From: Diplonema japonicum
Taxonomy: Eukaryota > Protista > Euglenozoa: Diplonemea
Assembly: GCA_964019335.1 (NCBI GenBank)
Contig: OZ025698.1
Span: 186,001-250,000 of the forward strand
Direction of reading: 5' to 3'
Length of the DNA: 64,000 nt
Part shown: piece after piece, positions 60,530 through 64,000 of the stretch
Layout: each line of letters starts with the position of its first letter
Position numbering within the stretch: position 1 is the stretch's first letter
Made by a program: the position numbers and the translations under genes
The notes under the pieces: generated by a model
Databases searched by the model: none
What the model saw: the letters and a program-made list of their open reading frames with translations, nothing else
Told to the model about the DNA's origin: nothing

Positions 60530-60635
60530 GCGACATGATGACACACCCCATCCGACAAGCTTTAGAGGGGAGACCCTGCTTCTGCTGATGTGTCGTGACC
60601 ACAACAACAATAACCGATTTAATGAGCCTGATCAC
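60530..60635 (+). ncRNA. Box C/D snoRNA SNORD57-like, copy 2
   Basis: C box 60535, D box 60628. Confidence 0.8.
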
Positions 60636-60682
60636 AAACCGTGCCGGGGAGCTTTTTGTTTAGATTCTTTCCAAAATTGAAA

Positions 60683-60714
<32 letters not shown>

Positions 60715-60820
60715 AAAACCAGACAACTTGGGTGAGTCGCAAGGTGCAGCACCGACCAGCTACCTTGTCCTTGTGACTCAATTTTGACTGGAAGAAACTC
60801 AACCACAAATATGTATTTTT

Positions 60821-60926
60821 GCGACATGATGACACACCCCATCCGACAAGCTTTAGAGGGGAGACCCTGCTTCTGCTGATGTGTCGTGACCACAACAACA
60901 ACAACCGATTTAATGAGCCTGATCAC
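60821..60926 (+). ncRNA. Box C/D snoRNA SNORD57-like, copy 3
   Basis: C box 60826, D box 60919. Confidence 0.8.
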
Positions 60927-61219
60927 ATTATTTAGAGAAAACCAGACAACTTGGGTGAGTCGCAGGGTGCAGCACCGACCAGCTTCCTTGTCCTTGTGAC
61001 TCAATTTTGACTGGAAGAATCGAGTGCTGAGTTGGTCATATTTCATTGACATGATAGCAAGTTTTTAGGGAAAACCATGAGCTGGATTAGGAGGTTACAG
61101 TATTGCTTTTGAGTACCAGACAACTTGGGTGAGTCGCAAGGTGCAGCACCGACCAGCTACCTTGTCCTTGTGACTCAATTTTGACTGGAAGAAACTCAAC
61201 CATAGATATATATATTTTT

Positions 61220-61325
61220 GCGACATGATGACACACCCCATCCGACAAGCTTTAGAGGGGAGACCCTGCTTCTGCTGATGTGTCGTGACCACAACAACAA
61301 CAACCGATTTAATGAGCCTGATCAC
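61220..61325 (+). ncRNA. Box C/D snoRNA SNORD57-like, copy 4
   Basis: C box 61225, D box 61318. Confidence 0.8.
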
Positions 61326-61520
61326 AATCTGCATTTGGTGAGGAATTTCCAAAAGGAAAACAAAACCAGACAACTTGGGTGAGTCGCAGGGTGCAGCACC
61401 GACCAGCTACCTTGTCCTTGTGACTCAATTTTGACTGGAAGAATCGAGTGACAAGAGTCATGTTTCATTGACATGATGACATCCCACTCGACAGGCTTTT
61501 TGGGAAAACCTTTTTACATG

Positions 61521-61707
61521 TGGTCGGGAACGGTACTCTCCAAACCTGCTGGGACGCTAGTAGGAGCCATTGAAGGGTGCCTCTCGCCTGATGAGGACAG
61601 CACCTGGAGGAGTTGCGAGATATGTCCGAAACTGAGAGATGCCTAGTACTGACCATACCCCCTCCCCTTCTTCTAGAGGCCTGCGGCTCTCAGTTTGCAT
61701 GTGACAT
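61521..61707 (+). ncRNA. Structured RNA containing a hammerhead ribozyme-like core
   Basis: CTGATGA(61588)-GGACA...TGTCC-GAAAC(61628); additional stems TGGTCG/TGACCA, GTACT/AGTAC, CCTGCTGG/CTAGTAGG. Confidence 0.5.
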
Positions 61708-62083
61708 CATCTTTTACATTTGCTTTGAGCGGCCCTTTATTGCCACCAGACAACTTGGGTGAGTCACAAGGTGCAGCACCGACCAGCTACCTTGTCCTTG
61801 TGACTCAATTTTGACTGGAAGAATCGAGTGATAAGAGTCATGTTCCATTGACATGATGACACCCCCACTCGACAGGCTTTTGGGAAAACCTTAAATGAGC
61901 GGTGTGGGTTAGGTGTTTACATTATTGCTTTTGAGTGACCAGACAACTTGGGTGAGTCGCAGGGTGCAGCACCGACCAGCTACCTTGTCCCTGTGACTCA
62001 ATTTTGACTGGAAGAACATACAAATAAAAAAAAGAACAATAGAAAAAAGAAGAGAAAAAAAGCGATTCCCACCACCACAGGAG

Positions 62084-62854
62084 ATGATACGGGGGGGTGT
62101 GGTGAACGGGGTGCGCATGTATGACACCCACTGCCACCTGCCGATGGATGTGTACGATGAAGGGGTCCTGGACGGGGGGCGGAAGGTGTTGTGTGGCATC
62201 CACGAGACTGACTGGGAGAGGATGCGATGTGTGGAGGAGAAGAGCGGTGGAGATGTGCGTGTTGGGTACGGGCTGCACCCATGGTGGGCTGGCGAACGGA
62301 GCGAAGGCTGGCTTGCGGTGCTTGAAGCGTATCTTCAGAAAAGCCCTTCATGCATCGTGGGCGAGATCGGCCTCGACAAGCTAAAAGGACCTAAGATGGA
62401 CGAGCAAGTCCAACTCTTCACGCAGCAGCTTGCCCTTGCTGTCAAATACAACAGGCCCTGTTCCATACACTGTGTCAAGGCATTCGGGGCAATCGAAGCC
62501 GTTTTTTCATCCAAAACGCACCCCCTCCCCAATACACTGATCCTACACTCATGGGCAGGCTCCCCTGACACTACCAACCTTCTCCTTCGCAAGCTGAAGA
62601 AGGCGTCCCCCACGTCGACTCTTTACTTCGGCTTCTCTCATCTCAACATGCGGAGCGGCGACAAGTTTGCCGCCCTAGTAAAGGCTGTCCCACGCGAGAG
62701 GATCCTCATCGAGTCCGACTCGCACGACTACAAGAAGAGCTGGGAGCTGGTGTGGGAGGTTGTGCGCACTGTGGCCGAGGTACTGCAGGAGGAGCCTGAG
62801 GAAGTCCTGAGAGTGACAAATGAGAATGCCGAGCGAGCTTATGGCAACATGTAG
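62084..62854 (+). CDS. tatD: TatD family DNase
   Basis: DTHCHL, GLHPW, VGEIGLD, IHCVKA, LHSW, ILIESD, NAER. Confidence 0.93.
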   Translation: MIRGGVVNGVRMYDTHCHLPMDVYDEGVLDGGRKVLCGIHETDWERMRCVEEKSGGDVRVGYGLHPWWAGERSEGWLAVLEAYLQKSPSCIVGEIGLDKLKGPKMDEQVQLFTQQLALAVKYNRPCSIHCVKAFGAIEAVFSSKTHPLPNTLILHSWAGSPDTTNLLLRKLKKASPTSTLYFGFSHLNMRSGDKFAALVKAVPRERILIESDSHDYKKSWELVWEVVRTVAEVLQEEPEEVLRVTNENAERAYGNM

Positions 62855-62903
62855 TTATATTATCCCAGGAGGCCTGTTCTTCACCTCCTACAGGAATGCA
62901 CAA

Positions 62904-63483
62904 ATGTCTACTGCAAGAGGGTTCATAGCACACTCCCTGGACGGGAAGCACTCTGTGTTTTACCACAGCACTTTCACAACGACGTGGGAGCGGGATGAGG
63001 ATTGTTACACATCGCAGGACAAACTAAGGCTGGTGGGGTCGGTGGTACAGGTGGTCACGGAAGATGCGTTCCAGAAGCATAGATTCAAGGACCAGGCCAG
63101 CGAAGGGGTTGTTCTGCTTGCCACAGAAGACAATGAGGGACCCGAGGAAGAGTCAGACGAGCAACTGTATGCTGTCTGGAAGCAGCTCAAGGGGACTGCT
63201 TTCACTCTTATAGTGCCCGAATCGGCGAACCTCACCATTGCTGCCTTCGCACTTACTAATATCATGAAACTCCTGCAGACGTTCTACGGCCACAAGGGCG
63301 TCGAGTTCGAGGCACGCGACCTCCTCTTACGACCGGAGATATGCTCGACAGTTGTCCCTCGGGTATGGTTAGTGGTTGCACTCATTCATTCACGCACAGG
63401 TGCTCCCGAACGGTCTCATCACTGTTGTTGACTTCACTTTACTCAAACAGAACATCAAGAGGAGCGTTGACTTGTTGAAGTGA
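62904..63483 (+). CDS. AP5S1: AP-5 complex subunit sigma; 1 intron
   Basis: GFIAHSL...VFY, AVWKQ...AFTLIV...NLTIA, LLLRPE...VLPNG after removing intron 63363-63399. Confidence 0.7.
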
Positions 63484-63583
63484 GCTGCTCGCTTTTTTTG
63501 TTCTAAATCTTTCCCGTTTTCGAAGTACCTTTTTACCGTTTCTTTCTCTTTTTGCAACAATTCACGACAGGAAAGTAGAAAAA

Positions 63584-64000
63584 ATGGCGCAGAGTTTCCG
63601 GGCGGGGGATCTCCCGCCTGTGTCCCAGATGTTCGGAGCGCAGGGTGTGGGGGGGATAGTCCCGACAGTGGACATTGAGGAAGTGTATGACAGGCTCGAG
63701 GAGCCGGTAGCGCCAGGGACTAAAATGCTGCATGAGCTGAGGATTCCCCTTGAGGATGAAGGAAAGACGATCATGAAGAACGCGCTGGATGCGTACCCTG
63801 AGACCCCCACACCCGACAGCATTACCATCCCTTGCATTGAGGTTTTGAAGCCCTATGTTCCCGGGAAAGACTACAGACCCACCAACAGCGCAGCCTTCAA
63901 GAGCGTGAAGGAAAAACTTCTGCCCACCATCAAGCATCTCCCCGCGCACCAACAACGCAGCGAAATCATGCAGTCTGTGAAGACAAACCAAATCACCGTC
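63584..64000 (+). CDS. Probable DEAH/RHA-box RNA helicase, N-terminal part (truncated by window edge)
   Basis: Open to the end; finishes LPAHQQRSEIMQSVKTNQITV, the segment that precedes motif I in DEAH helicases. Confidence 0.6.
   Translation, partial: MAQSFRAGDLPPVSQMFGAQGVGGIVPTVDIEEVYDRLEEPVAPGTKMLHELRIPLEDEGKTIMKNALDAYPETPTPDSITIPCIEVLKPYVPGKDYRPTNSAAFKSVKEKLLPTIKHLPAHQQRSEIMQSVKTNQITV

Larger units (their letters stand above)
60205..62018 (+). ncRNA. Tandem snoRNA gene cluster: 8 single-hairpin H/ACA(AGA)-like RNAs
   Basis: 80-nt units start at 60205, 60428, 60719, 60942, 61116, 61366, 61746, 61939. Lower stem CCAG/CTGG, bipartite pocket, upper stem GAGTCGCAGGG/CCTTGTGACTC, AGA one nt after the hairpin. 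Confidence 0.7.

Noticed and set aside
61030-61085. ATATTTCA…AAACCAT resembling snR30/U17 m1-m2 elements
   Set aside because: m1 mismatched and no supporting hairpin; the segment is a degenerate array spacer.
60146-61373. Repeated minus-strand ORFs (…QQKQGLPSKACRMGC…)
   Set aside because: Antisense shadows of the snoRNA units; frames differ between copies.
60205-62018. CRISPR-like repeat/spacer appearance of the array
   Set aside because: Repeats are 80 nt, spacers are themselves repeated, the context is eukaryotic and there are no cas genes; snoRNA boxes explain it.
1-64000. Spliced-leader RNA gene, tRNAs, telomeric repeats
   Set aside because: No CAGTTTCTGTAC SL motif, tRNA cloverleaf or TTAGGG array was seen by eye; an automated scan is still advisable.

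Overview
Gene-dense eukaryotic nuclear DNA, most likely from a euglenozoan protist (diplonemid-like; this is an inference). Positions 1-42.6 kb hold about 22 protein genes, all on the minus strand and often only 50-100 nt apart. A repeat- and transposon-filled divergent strand-switch region spans 42.6-48.5 kb, and plus-strand genes run from 48.6 kb to the end. Many genes are split by very short GT-AG introns (32-46 nt) with A/C-rich 3' ends, so the ORF track fragments them. Recognisable products: PTB-like RRM protein, nucleolin-like RRM protein with KGG tail, PHRF1-like RING-PHD protein, a pseudokinase, MGRN1/LOG2-like E3, ACAD8, a >3300-aa catalytically dead GP63/leishmanolysin-lectin-EGF protein, DDX41, striatin, AAAP transporter, RanBP2 zinc-finger protein, ATAT1, CK1, ZIP transporter, ankyrin protein, a mucin-EGF-IPT multi-TM receptor, TatD, AP-5 sigma and a DEAH helicase. 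The most interesting non-coding region is 57.4-62.0 kb. It contains an LSU rRNA fragment and a tandem snoRNA array (8 single-hairpin AGA-box H/ACA-like RNAs and 4 SNORD57/snR51-like C/D RNAs). A highly structured insert in that array carries a perfect hammerhead ribozyme core whose best substrate strand lies inside loop II, a non-circular strand order. All structures and homologies were inferred by eye; no searches or folding programs were run.
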